Translations under genes and position numbers: made by a program | Part shown: one piece after another, positions 38,228 to 47,278 of the stretch | Layout of the letters: every line of letters starts with the position of its first letter | Position numbering within the stretch: position 1 is the first letter of the stretch | Source of the DNA: a virus | Reading direction: 5' to 3' (one strand) | IMG/VR virus record: IMGVR_UViG_3300035670_000150 | Span: 1 to 64,000 of that record | Length of the DNA: 64,000 bases | Notes under the pieces: generated by a model | What the model was told of the DNA's origin: nothing | Databases searched by the model: none | What the model saw: the letters and a program-made list of their open reading frames with translations, nothing else

Positions 38228-40710
38228 ACTTCTGAATTCTCTACTAAAAAGGCAGTAATATCTTCTGCTTTGATATTGTTAGGGAGCTTGATTGGTGTAG
38301 CCCAATTGGGGAGGAAAACTTCAAGCTGTGCAGGAATAGGTATATCTCCAACCAGCTCAGGTACATCAGACAAGTCTGTCATACATTCAATTAGGTTACG
38401 GTTAACCCATTCAGTAATAACAGGGTCATCCCTCCACATGACATAGGCAGCATCATGGATTGTAGCCACAGATTTAACATCGTTTTCCATACCTGCATCA
38501 TAAACTCGTTTTAGGAATTTATAGCCTGCATCTACGGTAATCTGACCATAAGATTGCCCACCAATAGCATTACCAAGAGTACGAATATATTCCTGTACTG
38601 CCCTTGGTGTTCTTGGACTATCCAATAGCACTTGAGTAATACCATAACAGTATATCCGTAAACCAAAGGCCAATTCAGCATAGCCTTTTTCCACTACCTT
38701 TTTAATTTCTGCATCAAGCCACTCAGCAGAAACTCGATAGAGAGAGTAGTAGTTAGCCACTAATTTATCTGCCTCCTCTTGAGTGAAACCACATTGACGA
38801 ACTAAACCATAAGCAGTACCCAAGTACTGAAGTAAGAACGTAGGCGGCTTACCTTTGCTTCTTACTTTTTTATAACGAGTCTCAATAGAGTTAATGATTG
38901 CTACTCGTTCTTCCTTGGTTTTGGCTAGCTTAACTTCGTTAACAATTTCCTGAAGTTCTTCAGGGAAATAGTTGAATGCACGGAAACTGTGCCCGTCATA
39001 GCCATCCAAATACACTGCCCGTTTATTGGGGTCTTTAGTAAGAATGGTGTTTACCCGTTCTTCTAATGACGAATAGTCTGCACCTCCCCAAAGCCAACCA
39101 TCAGGAGGGGAGAAAATACCTTTGAACACTTTGCTTAGCTCAGTGCCTGAAGGCATGTTCTGAAGGTTAGGATTACTACTGCTTAAACGTCCGCTCACTA
39201 CTTTGGCTAAGTTATAATTACCAAATAGGTAATGATGCCCATTGATTTCCTGAGAGTTGTTTTTCAACGCTTCAATGAAGGTTCCTTGCATCTTGCTGGC
39301 CTTGGCTATGTCATGCAGACTGTCAAAGATTTCATGAGTACTTTCAGGTGCTCGGGCTTTCAATGCTTTCAGGTCATCCCCTGAAGTACTGGGTTTGCCT
39401 GTAGCAGTTTTACTCAGTGGGGTGAGCTTAAGCACATCAAACATCAGGATAGCTAATTGGTCATTAGAGTTAGGATTGAATTCCAATGGGTATTCCCATT
39501 CCTCCTTCTTCGATACCCGCTTAGCATTGATTTTGGCTACCTTGTCAGCCCTGATTAATTGCATTGCCTGTTCTACTTCTGGCCTTGCCATAAGTATTTG
39601 GGTAGCTTCATCAATCATTTTGGTTAGCTTCTGGTCAGCTAGTTGCATAGCCTTATCAGAGAAAGGCATACCTGCTAATTCAGTCTGAGTTAGATACCAT
39701 TGCCAATTTTTAAAGCGGGTATAGAGTTCTTCCGAATGAATCCTATGACGGTAAGTCTGATATAGCCAATACGTAGCTCTAGAATCATCTAGGTTGTATT
39801 CACACACCTTCTGAATAGGTACATTCATCATATCGGTGATTTCAGCATTGGTTAGCTTGTATTCGCCACAGAGGTCTAATGCAAGCGTACCTAAATCCCT
39901 TGGGAACCGTTCAGGTGAATTCGTACAGAGGTAATGTAAAATGAGGGTATCCTCATAAGTGCGGTACAACTCACGGCTATCTGAATTGAAATACTTGTAA
40001 GCAAGCATCTTCAAGTCATAAGAACCCCCATGCCAAGCTATCCTTCCTTGATATTTTTTCAAAAACATAACCATGTAAGGGGTGAAATCGAAGTTCTTCA
40101 CATGAAAGGTGTAACCACATTGCTCATTGATAGCAAAGGAAATGGAAACTAGCTCGGCCTTGTAGAATTTCAGCGAAGTTGCTTCAATGTCTGCACCCAA
40201 TACAGGTTTAGTCAGCAGGTACTTGAAAGCCTTAATCACTTCTTCTTTGGTTGAGGGAGCAATAAGCTTTCTGGGTATCTCTGTACACAGAGGTTTACCT
40301 TTGCTTAGGTAGTGATGAATGTGGCCTAGGCAAGTTAAGTTAACTTTGAGATTGGCATAGTTATACAGGGCACGGGAACTAAAATCGAAATACTGTATAA
40401 ACTTGCCAGTGTTCTCAATAGGCATCAGTTTACCCATGGTTTTGGGGACTGATTTACTGCCACTTAGGAGCTTGTAAGCTTCTTTGCTATAAGTGGTTAT
40501 TACTTTTACATTTTTGAGCTTTTGGCATGACTCCACTACTTCAAGTATGTTGCCATTGTCAGGGGCTAATACTAAGGCTTTGTCATGGTATAGAGGGTCT
40601 AGCTGAGATAATAGATTAGCCCTTATATGCTTATCCGAACATTCGTTCGGATGCACAATAAAGACTAACTGGATATTGTTAGGATTATTTGAATAATTCA
40701 AGTATTTCAT
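38224..40710 (-). CDS. DNA polymerase, family A, with 3'-5' exonuclease
   Basis: Exo I DIE, Exo III YNLDD, GRLSS..PNLQN, motif A DYSSLE, motif B R..GK..TF...Y, motif C IHDA. Confidence 0.95.
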   Translation of the reverse strand: MKYLNYSNNPNNIQLVFIVHPNECSDKHIRANLLSQLDPLYHDKALVLAPDNGNILEVVESCQKLKNVKVITTYSKEAYKLLSGSKSVPKTMGKLMPIENTGKFIQYFDFSSRALYNYANLKVNLTCLGHIHHYLSKGKPLCTEIPRKLIAPSTKEEVIKAFKYLLTKPVLGADIEATSLKFYKAELVSISFAINEQCGYTFHVKNFDFTPYMVMFLKKYQGRIAWHGGSYDLKMLAYKYFNSDSRELYRTYEDTLILHYLCTNSPERFPRDLGTLALDLCGEYKLTNAEITDMMNVPIQKVCEYNLDDSRATYWLYQTYRHRIHSEELYTRFKNWQWYLTQTELAGMPFSDKAMQLADQKLTKMIDEATQILMARPEVEQAMQLIRADKVAKINAKRVSKKEEWEYPLEFNPNSNDQLAILMFDVLKLTPLSKTATGKPSTSGDDLKALKARAPESTHEIFDSLHDIAKASKMQGTFIEALKNNSQEINGHHYLFGNYNLAKVVSGRLSSSNPNLQNMPSGTELSKVFKGIFSPPDGWLWGGADYSSLEERVNTILTKDPNKRAVYLDGYDGHSFRAFNYFPEELQEIVNEVKLAKTKEERVAIINSIETRYKKVRSKGKPPTFLLQYLGTAYGLVRQCGFTQEEADKLVANYYSLYRVSAEWLDAEIKKVVEKGYAELAFGLRIYCYGITQVLLDSPRTPRAVQEYIRTLGNAIGGQSYGQITVDAGYKFLKRVYDAGMENDVKSVATIHDAAYVMWRDDPVITEWVNRNLIECMTDLSDVPELVGDIPIPAQLEVFLPNWATPIKLPNNIKAEDITAFLVENSEV

Positions 40711-40714
40711 TTAG

Positions 40715-42130
40715 TTACCCTACAAGAAACAGTTTGTCCGAACATCGAGAAATGCTAGTGTATAGTAACCGCCTAACCATGTCCTTATCCCCTTTCCAAT
40801 CGAAGATGCTCTTCATGTCCACCCATACTTCCTTTGCAGTAATGCCTTGGGCAGCATGGATAGTCTTGATGAATGCGGGGCGTATAAAGATGATGAACAC
40901 TCCTAATCCGCCTGCCATTGCCCAAAGGGTACGCATTACATCAGAAGGGAGTTTTACTTCTTGGATATTGGAGATGAGTACGTGGATTTGGCGTCTATCT
41001 CTACTGATATGAAAGATAACCCCAAGAGAATTGAGCTTATCAATAAATTGGGGATTCTTTGTATCAAAGGCTTTTCTGCATTCTGCCAAAACCAGTGCAT
41101 TATTTCGTAAATTTATCGTTACACCCTTAGGGATGTAATAAGCTGTTTTGCCGTTACTGTACTCGTAAGGTACATTATGCCCAAAAGTGTAGGCTACTTC
41201 ACACTTTTCAAGTGGATGGATGATACTAGGCTCATTATTGGCTCTGGCTCTCAATGTAATGACAGCGTGCATAAAGAAAGCAGCACGGTTACGAGAAGCA
41301 CTCAAAATGCACAACTCACTTAAAGGCGGAGGAGTATCTAGTTTTGCATACTCTTCTACTTTTCTGTGCAACGCTTGCACTTTGACTACAGAGATACCCT
41401 CTACGCTTTCTGTTGGCAGCAAGTCTATAAAAGACTCCTCCTTGTATTGCACTGCTAATCGAAGCAAATTAACCAAGGGCTTTAGATGAAGATTTTTAGT
41501 GTTCATCGTAAAGCGGGGGGAACTATGCAGAGTAGTGATTACTGCATTGTTTTCTGTGTAGTCTTCGATAGGAGAACGAGATAGCCCTATAGGGGGTGTT
41601 TGATATGGATCACCGATGAATACTTTCAAATCATCGGGGCGTAGATAATTTAATATTTTTACTAACCAGTCATCCATTCTGAATGCTTCATCTACAATAA
41701 TGACACGTATTTTTCCATAGGTTTGGGGCAATACGGGGTAAATCATTAAATAGGGGCAATGTTTGAACCCATCAGGGTTTGAGGGTTTTAAACCATCTTT
41801 TGGTATTAAGCCTAAGTACTTATGAATAGTATATAAAGCTGCGACTTTGGTGTTTTCACTATCTTGAGCCATGGCTTCCAATGAATCACATGCTTGATTA
41901 GTGGTGGTAGTTAACGCATAGGCTATTTGAGGGAATGTTTTAAGGTAGGGGAGCAGCAAATTAGCTGTTACCCAACTCTTACCATTGCCTGCCCCTGCTT
42001 TTAATATAAAAGGCTTGGACGGGTCTAAAGTAAGTAGCTGGTCTTCTATCCATGATTTGAATAAATTCAAAGCTTCTAATTGGTCTTTAGTTGCCCCTAC
42101 ATGGGAAGCTAAATTTGCTGCTCTATTCAT
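40715..42130 (-). CDS. SF1B DNA helicase (RecD/Dda-like)
   Basis: AGAGNGKS, IIVDEA, GDPYQ.PP, TIHAAQG and YTSISR motifs. Confidence 0.9.
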   Translation of the reverse strand: MNRAANLASHVGATKDQLEALNLFKSWIEDQLLTLDPSKPFILKAGAGNGKSWVTANLLLPYLKTFPQIAYALTTTTNQACDSLEAMAQDSENTKVAALYTIHKYLGLIPKDGLKPSNPDGFKHCPYLMIYPVLPQTYGKIRVIIVDEAFRMDDWLVKILNYLRPDDLKVFIGDPYQTPPIGLSRSPIEDYTENNAVITTLHSSPRFTMNTKNLHLKPLVNLLRLAVQYKEESFIDLLPTESVEGISVVKVQALHRKVEEYAKLDTPPPLSELCILSASRNRAAFFMHAVITLRARANNEPSIIHPLEKCEVAYTFGHNVPYEYSNGKTAYYIPKGVTINLRNNALVLAECRKAFDTKNPQFIDKLNSLGVIFHISRDRRQIHVLISNIQEVKLPSDVMRTLWAMAGGLGVFIIFIRPAFIKTIHAAQGITAKEVWVDMKSIFDWKGDKDMVRRLLYTSISRCSDKLFLVG

Positions 42131-42131
42131 G

Positions 42132-43442
42132 CTATATCTTCTTAATGATGTCGTTAATGCATATCTGCTTACCTACGAATTCAGGGAAGTTGGTAGAGCT
42201 ATTCTGATGAATCAGCCAGACCAATTCCCCTTTGTGTTTCCACTGTTTGACTGGTGCGTCTTCCATATCGGTAAGCACAAATACAAGTTTGTTTGTGGGA
42301 GGTTTCTCGCGGAATGCTTGAGCAATATCAGTGCCACCACCTGTACGAATATTCAGAGATTTCACATCACTGTTAGAATTAATAACAAATGTCTGCTGTA
42401 CCCGTGAATTGTAGGTATGGACTGTGATAGGGCTAACCCCATACTGAGAGGCAAGTTCGAGAATAAACTCGAAACTTTTAGTGACAGCAGAAGCGGGCAT
42501 TGAGCCTGATACGTCTGCATAAATCACTACGTCATTATGCCATTTGGTTACATGTCCTTCTTTCTCAGAGTCGAGTCTTTGATGCCTTCCCATTAGGGCT
42601 TCATCATTGAACTCTCTTCTAAGTAAGTGACGTTGGTTAAAGGTGCTATCGTCCTTAGCATCCCCTCTGCCATAGGTGTTTTTAAACAGCGCCTCAATAG
42701 CAGCAAACGAGTTGAGCTTAGGGCGTTTAATACCTAGCAGCTTCAGGGTGCCATCAGAAACCGAACTGGTTCCTTTGGCAGTGCCTTTGCTTTGCTCGCC
42801 TGTAGGGTCATTGAGGGTATTCTTACCCGCCTCCTGCATAGCACTGTCATTGATAGCATCAACCGCTTCTTTGGCCGCTTTTTGTGTAGCAGCATGGATA
42901 CGCTGTTTGCCTAAATCGCTCAACTGGGGAAGCACAGAGGTAGGGTTTTGTGGGGGTTTAGCCTGTTGCCCATCCCCTGCATACAAGGACTTGTAAATAG
43001 CTTCAGTACCGTTACCCCAATCTTCCCTAGCTACATGATTTTTTAAGCAATCATGGTGCTTTTTGTCTTCAGGTAGGTAAGGAAAGTCCTTATCAATAAT
43101 GTTTTCGATTTCACAATCGGCTGCAATATTGAAGTACTGGTGAGCTTCGTTAGATTCCACTTTGGCGTATTCAGCACGGGCAAAGTGCTCTAAGGCCACA
43201 TGCATACCCTCATGTAGCATAGAGCGTAATACGGCTATCTTGTTCCTTTGCACTATGTCTTCATGAGCAGGGTTGTAAAGGAATTCCCCTTCTCGACTGA
43301 TAGCAAAGGAGTCAATATTAGCGTAAGGAAGCATCGGTAGATGACTAAGGATGCGTCCATAATACGTTGAATCTAAGTTACCAATTAAGGAATCAAGGCA
43401 TGACCGCAAAAAATTATCTGTTTTTTGTTGGTTCATTTGCAC
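42132..43442 (-). CDS. Metallopeptidase-like plus vWA domain protein (N4 gp25-like)
   Basis: LHEGMH, NIAAD..I, MIDAS motif DVSGSM, GGGTD and LTD. Confidence 0.85.
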   Translation of the reverse strand: MQMNQQKTDNFLRSCLDSLIGNLDSTYYGRILSHLPMLPYANIDSFAISREGEFLYNPAHEDIVQRNKIAVLRSMLHEGMHVALEHFARAEYAKVESNEAHQYFNIAADCEIENIIDKDFPYLPEDKKHHDCLKNHVAREDWGNGTEAIYKSLYAGDGQQAKPPQNPTSVLPQLSDLGKQRIHAATQKAAKEAVDAINDSAMQEAGKNTLNDPTGEQSKGTAKGTSSVSDGTLKLLGIKRPKLNSFAAIEALFKNTYGRGDAKDDSTFNQRHLLRREFNDEALMGRHQRLDSEKEGHVTKWHNDVVIYADVSGSMPASAVTKSFEFILELASQYGVSPITVHTYNSRVQQTFVINSNSDVKSLNIRTGGGTDIAQAFREKPPTNKLVFVLTDMEDAPVKQWKHKGELVWLIHQNSSTNFPEFVGKQICINDIIKKI

Positions 43443-43453
43443 TATCTCCTAGG

Positions 43454-44539
43454 TTAATTAGAAGGGAAAGTTAGAAGGTCTTCTATCTTGGTTCCCTTGA
43501 ATAGGTTAGGTGAAGCCACCACTAGCTTGTTAGCAATAGACATACGCAATGCAGGGTCTAAACGCATTAGATAAATCAAGGTTGCATCAATATCCGCAGA
43601 GGTTGATACATTGCCTACTAGGAAGCTGACAATACGCAGAGTATCCGCAGTAGTAGTAGCTATCTGGGCACTGGTTGGGGAGCTTAGGATTTCATCCAAG
43701 CCTACTGAAGGCACTAGCACAGAGTTAAAGAAGTCTGCACCTGCATCATAACCAACGATGGATTGCATCACTTGCAGTTTGTTACGCAGGATAGTGACTA
43801 ATGGCACATTACGCTTATCCGCTGATTCCTGCATTTTGTGCATGATGTTAGATAAGGCTTCAATACCACGGTTTGTAATGAAGGGTGATGCACCATCATT
43901 AATCAAGTCAGGGTGTTCTACTATAACCCAATCATAGTTGCCTTCAATCCAACGAATAACTGAAGGATGGAAGTTGTGAGTTTTCATGTAATCAACAAAT
44001 TCCATAGCTGACTCAGTACTTTTAGTATTGAGTTCGGCAATACCGCAACGAGTACGGATAGCGGCTGAAATAGGCAGAGCATTAGCACCAGAATCGACTT
44101 TGTTACCTAATAGGATAATGCTGGTCTTTTCGTGCAATTTGTGAGAACCCACTGACTTTTCCAGAATTACCCGTTGTGCTGCTACCTGCATCGACTTTGG
44201 ACAGTTACCAAATTCTTCAAACAGGATACAGTGACCTTTATAAGGCTTGCTGGTTTTGGGGTTAATAGGCAGTGGTTCACCTTCCAATGGGAATAAACCA
44301 CAAGGCAGGTATTCAAATTTACCTGTTTCTTTGTTGGGCGAAGCATAGCCAATGATGTCCATTTCATACATGGAATCAAGGTAAATGGTATGCAGAAGTA
44401 ATTCACGGTCTTCGGCATATTGGTGAGCTAAGTGGCTTTTGCCCTTACCTACACCGCCTAATAACATAGGGCTTAGACCTGAAGATAAAACTGCTGAGAA
44501 CCAGCTCGGAACGTCTTTGTGTGAAATTAACGGAATCAT
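43454..44539 (-). CDS. MoxR-like AAA+ ATPase (N4 gp24-like)
   Basis: GGVGKGKS, Walker B ILFEE, GN sensor; paired with the vWA gene. Confidence 0.85.
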   Translation of the reverse strand: MIPLISHKDVPSWFSAVLSSGLSPMLLGGVGKGKSHLAHQYAEDRELLLHTIYLDSMYEMDIIGYASPNKETGKFEYLPCGLFPLEGEPLPINPKTSKPYKGHCILFEEFGNCPKSMQVAAQRVILEKSVGSHKLHEKTSIILLGNKVDSGANALPISAAIRTRCGIAELNTKSTESAMEFVDYMKTHNFHPSVIRWIEGNYDWVIVEHPDLINDGASPFITNRGIEALSNIMHKMQESADKRNVPLVTILRNKLQVMQSIVGYDAGADFFNSVLVPSVGLDEILSSPTSAQIATTTADTLRIVSFLVGNVSTSADIDATLIYLMRLDPALRMSIANKLVVASPNLFKGTKIEDLLTFPSN

Positions 44540-44579
44540 TATAGCCTCTCTGGGGGGGTAACTAATATGCGATTAGGGG

Positions 44580-44894
44580 TTAGTTGAAACAGTCATCGTT
44601 AGCATCTTGCAATGCTTTACGTGCAGCGGTAATTTGCTGAAGTAATTGAGTATCCAATGCTTCAGCAGCTTGATTTAATTTGGCTACTTGGCTATATAAA
44701 TCACGCTGTTGTTTTTCAACAGTAGATTTAAGATTGCCTATGGCCTCATTAATATCGTCAGTCCAGTAGTAACGGTCTGTTACCCTGTCTCTGCGTTTCC
44801 CTTGAATGAAAACGCTGTGTTTCTGTAATTGAGCAGTGGGGTCATTTGTGTGTTCAATGACTAGCTCTTTATGGTCAATACGGAATAGCAGCAT
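44580..44894 (-). CDS. Hypothetical coiled-coil protein
   Basis: 104-aa ORF with RBS GGAG. Confidence 0.65.
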   Translation of the reverse strand: MLLFRIDHKELVIEHTNDPTAQLQKHSVFIQGKRRDRVTDRYYWTDDINEAIGNLKSTVEKQQRDLYSQVAKLNQAAEALDTQLLQQITAARKALQDANDDCFN

Positions 44895-44897
44895 GGC

Positions 44898-45752
44898 TTA
44901 TTCTCCAAACTCAATCTTTTTGGTGAACTCTTCAGAGGTAGCCACTAGGTCTTCCTCTTCATAAACTGAATCTTCGTATACTGGGAAAACCCCATCGTAT
45001 AAGAAGTATTGGTGGATTAACCGAGTAATCAAACGATACCCAATAACGTTGTTTTTGAACTGTTTTTCCAATTCAATAGCAATGGCATCTTGGATTTGGT
45101 TTTTCTGCTCGGGTTCAGTGATGTTGTTCACAAAGAAGTATTGAGCCAATAATGGGTCAGCTTTCATTGCTTTAATCAAATCCGCGCAATCAATATCAGG
45201 GATGGGCACATGGATATTCACCCGTCCGAGTAGTTCAGGGAACATCCCCATTTTCAACAGTTTCTCGGGGGATAGCTGTTCCTCGCCTAGGAAAGCACCC
45301 GCAAAAACAAAAAGGATGTTCCGTGTGCTTACTTCCATATAATGGCCGTAATCACCAATTAACTGGGCAATACCTGAAGAGATGATATGCAAGATTTCAG
45401 ATTGAACTCCTGAACGCTCATCCCCTGTACCGCCATTAACCCCGTTGAACAGCTTGTCAAATTCGTCCAGTAGGACAATAGCAGGCTTATTCTGTAAACG
45501 CTTAAGCCCTTCCAGACTCTTAGATAATGAGTTACCTGAGATGCCTTCACGGGTAAGTTGGGCTGCGTTGATGTTCACAAAAGCAATGGCATGTTTCTTA
45601 GCCAGCTCTTCTAAAATGAATGATTTACCCACGCCACTTTTTCCTGATAATAGAAAGTGTGGGCGGATGTTACCTTGGGATTTTAGGTAGTTAGAAAGAA
45701 TGCGGTTAATAACTTGGATAGCACTCTTTTGAGAAGCAATTGAACTAGCCAT
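44898..45752 (-). CDS. ClpX/HslU-like AAA+ ATPase
   Basis: GKSGVGKS, LLDEFDKL, VQSEIL, TRNILFVFAGAF and PELLGR motifs. Confidence 0.85.
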   Translation of the reverse strand: MASSIASQKSAIQVINRILSNYLKSQGNIRPHFLLSGKSGVGKSFILEELAKKHAIAFVNINAAQLTREGISGNSLSKSLEGLKRLQNKPAIVLLDEFDKLFNGVNGGTGDERSGVQSEILHIISSGIAQLIGDYGHYMEVSTRNILFVFAGAFLGEEQLSPEKLLKMGMFPELLGRVNIHVPIPDIDCADLIKAMKADPLLAQYFFVNNITEPEQKNQIQDAIAIELEKQFKNNVIGYRLITRLIHQYFLYDGVFPVYEDSVYEEEDLVATSEEFTKKIEFGE

Positions 45753-45777
45753 ACTGGAATTACTCCGATAATTAGAA

Positions 45778-45807
45778 AATGAAAAACCCCTAGGTTTCCT
45801 AGGGGTT
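45778..45807 (-). terminator. Rho-independent terminator
   Basis: - strand AACCCCTAGG-AAA-CCTAGGGGTT then TTTCATT. Confidence 0.85.
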
Positions 45808-45896
45808 AGTGGGTTTGGTTAATAGGTCAGTGAGTACTGTCTAGCCCCTATGTCACCTTGCTGACTACCCTTGCCAGTCGCATTGCTAGACAGCAG

Positions 45897-46247
45897 CTAA
45901 AACTTGTACACCCCATAGGGTAACATTGTTCTGACCTGATTAGGGTCTTTCCGATGTTTATCCACTATGGTTGGCGTACTAGGGGAATCATGATAACCCC
46001 CTACAAAAGTACTTTGCAAGAAGGGGTACATGAATATAGGCAATATCCACAGCCCTGATTGAATTTCATCACAGCCAAGAGAAGCTAACTCATCTTTACT
46101 TAACAAGTTAGGGTCAATGTACTTGAAGTTCTGCTCTTTAATAGCGAACTCCGCCATTTCATCAAAGGCTTCAGGACATTGAGCTAACAGGCTATTAGCT
46201 ATAAAGCTCAGGAAAGAGGTTAACCGTATGAATTCTTCGCTTTCCAT
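45897..46247 (-). CDS. Hypothetical protein
   Basis: 116-aa ORF with RBS AGGT. Confidence 0.65.
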   Translation of the reverse strand: MESEEFIRLTSFLSFIANSLLAQCPEAFDEMAEFAIKEQNFKYIDPNLLSKDELASLGCDEIQSGLWILPIFMYPFLQSTFVGGYHDSPSTPTIVDKHRKDPNQVRTMLPYGVYKF

Positions 46248-46267
46248 ACACCTGCCCCTTACAGTTA

Positions 46268-46474
46268 TCAGTCTTGGGATACAGGCTGATAATCATGGAC
46301 TAAGGGGGTATCAGGCTCGCCATAGGTGGGGGATAAGCTATGGAGATAAGTACCGTCCCCATTAACACACACCACACGACGACCATTTTCTAAAGCGTAC
46401 ACTGGTCTGTCAAAATCGTCAGTATACATATACTTAGCTATTTGGCCGTTGTTTAGCTTAAGGTTTCTGGACAT
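46268..46474 (-). CDS. Hypothetical protein
   Basis: 68-aa ORF with RBS GGAGG; D.FDRPVY...GEPD.P pattern. Confidence 0.65.
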   Translation of the reverse strand: MSRNLKLNNGQIAKYMYTDDFDRPVYALENGRRVVCVNGDGTYLHSLSPTYGEPDTPLVHDYQPVSQD

Positions 46475-47013
46475 ACGCCCTCCTTATTTACGGGTTCGTT
46501 AGAAGCATCTTTCAGTGCTTCTTTGGCCTCATCCAAAGTGACACTGAAAGCATGGTCAGTACAATGTTTGACTACAGCTAGCATAGGCCAGCGTAGGAAG
46601 TCCGCATGAACATCTTCAGGAGTAACCCCTAAAGTTGTTTGTGCAGTTTTACGCAAGGCGACTACGGTAAGTGGATTGGTAATCAAAGAGTTTTTGCCGC
46701 ATTCTTCGCAGCTTAGACACATGGTAGTTAGTGTGTCTTCTGCCTGTTCTTGCTCAGTGAGAGACTCAATAGCACAAGTACATTGCTCACATACGCTGAT
46801 AGGCAGGTCTTTGGTTATTTCCATGTGAGACATCACTTCACGGCCTACATGGCTCAATTTATGAGTAAGCAACTCTAAATCGGCTTTAACAATAACATGC
46901 ACATCCCCAAGGGAGTCTGATACTTGCATAGCACCTTTTGCAGTTACGTTTTCTGGGAGTGACCCAAAGGGTGTACCGCAGACGCTGCAACGTAGTTTGA
47001 TTGACTTTTGCAT
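46453..47013 (-). CDS. Cys-rich putative zinc-binding protein
   Basis: CSVC, CEQC, CEEC and C..H motifs; RBS GAGGAG. Confidence 0.65.
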   Translation of the reverse strand: MQKSIKLRCSVCGTPFGSLPENVTAKGAMQVSDSLGDVHVIVKADLELLTHKLSHVGREVMSHMEITKDLPISVCEQCTCAIESLTEQEQAEDTLTTMCLSCEECGKNSLITNPLTVVALRKTAQTTLGVTPEDVHADFLRWPMLAVVKHCTDHAFSVTLDEAKEALKDASNEPVNKEGVCPETLS

Positions 47014-47015
47014 TC

Positions 47016-47243
47016 TTACTCCTCAGTAAGCAATAGATTGTGGTAAATTTGAGAAGCCAGTACTAGCAAAGTCTCGTTGCTAATTACGGCATATCTCATA
47101 TGGGCTTGCCAGAAAGAGAAGTCTATTCCTGTTTTAAGTCCTATGAAAGTGCCATTCTGTCCCCATGTGAAGTAAGTTTCCCAATCGACAGGAACCGAAG
47201 AAAAAAGGCTTATCAGTACGGTGTACAAATGATTTTTAGTCAT
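47016..47243 (-). CDS. Possible hypothetical protein
   Basis: Fills the gap after the rIIB terminator; start moved to MTKNH; no clear RBS. Confidence 0.35.
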   Translation of the reverse strand: MTKNHLYTVLISLFSSVPVDWETYFTWGQNGTFIGLKTGIDFSFWQAHMRYAVISNETLLVLASQIYHNLLLTEE

Positions 47244-47272
47244 AAAAAGTAAGCCCCCCATTACTGAGGGGC
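47244..47272 (-). terminator. Terminator after rIIB
   Basis: - strand GCCCCTCA-GTAA-TGGGGGGC then TTACTTTTT. Confidence 0.75.
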
Positions 47273-47278
47273 ATCCCA

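Noticed and set aside
45837-45893. Possible tRNA or hammerhead ribozyme
   Set aside because: No TTC T-loop, cloverleaf or CCA, and no CTGA.GA/GAAA core
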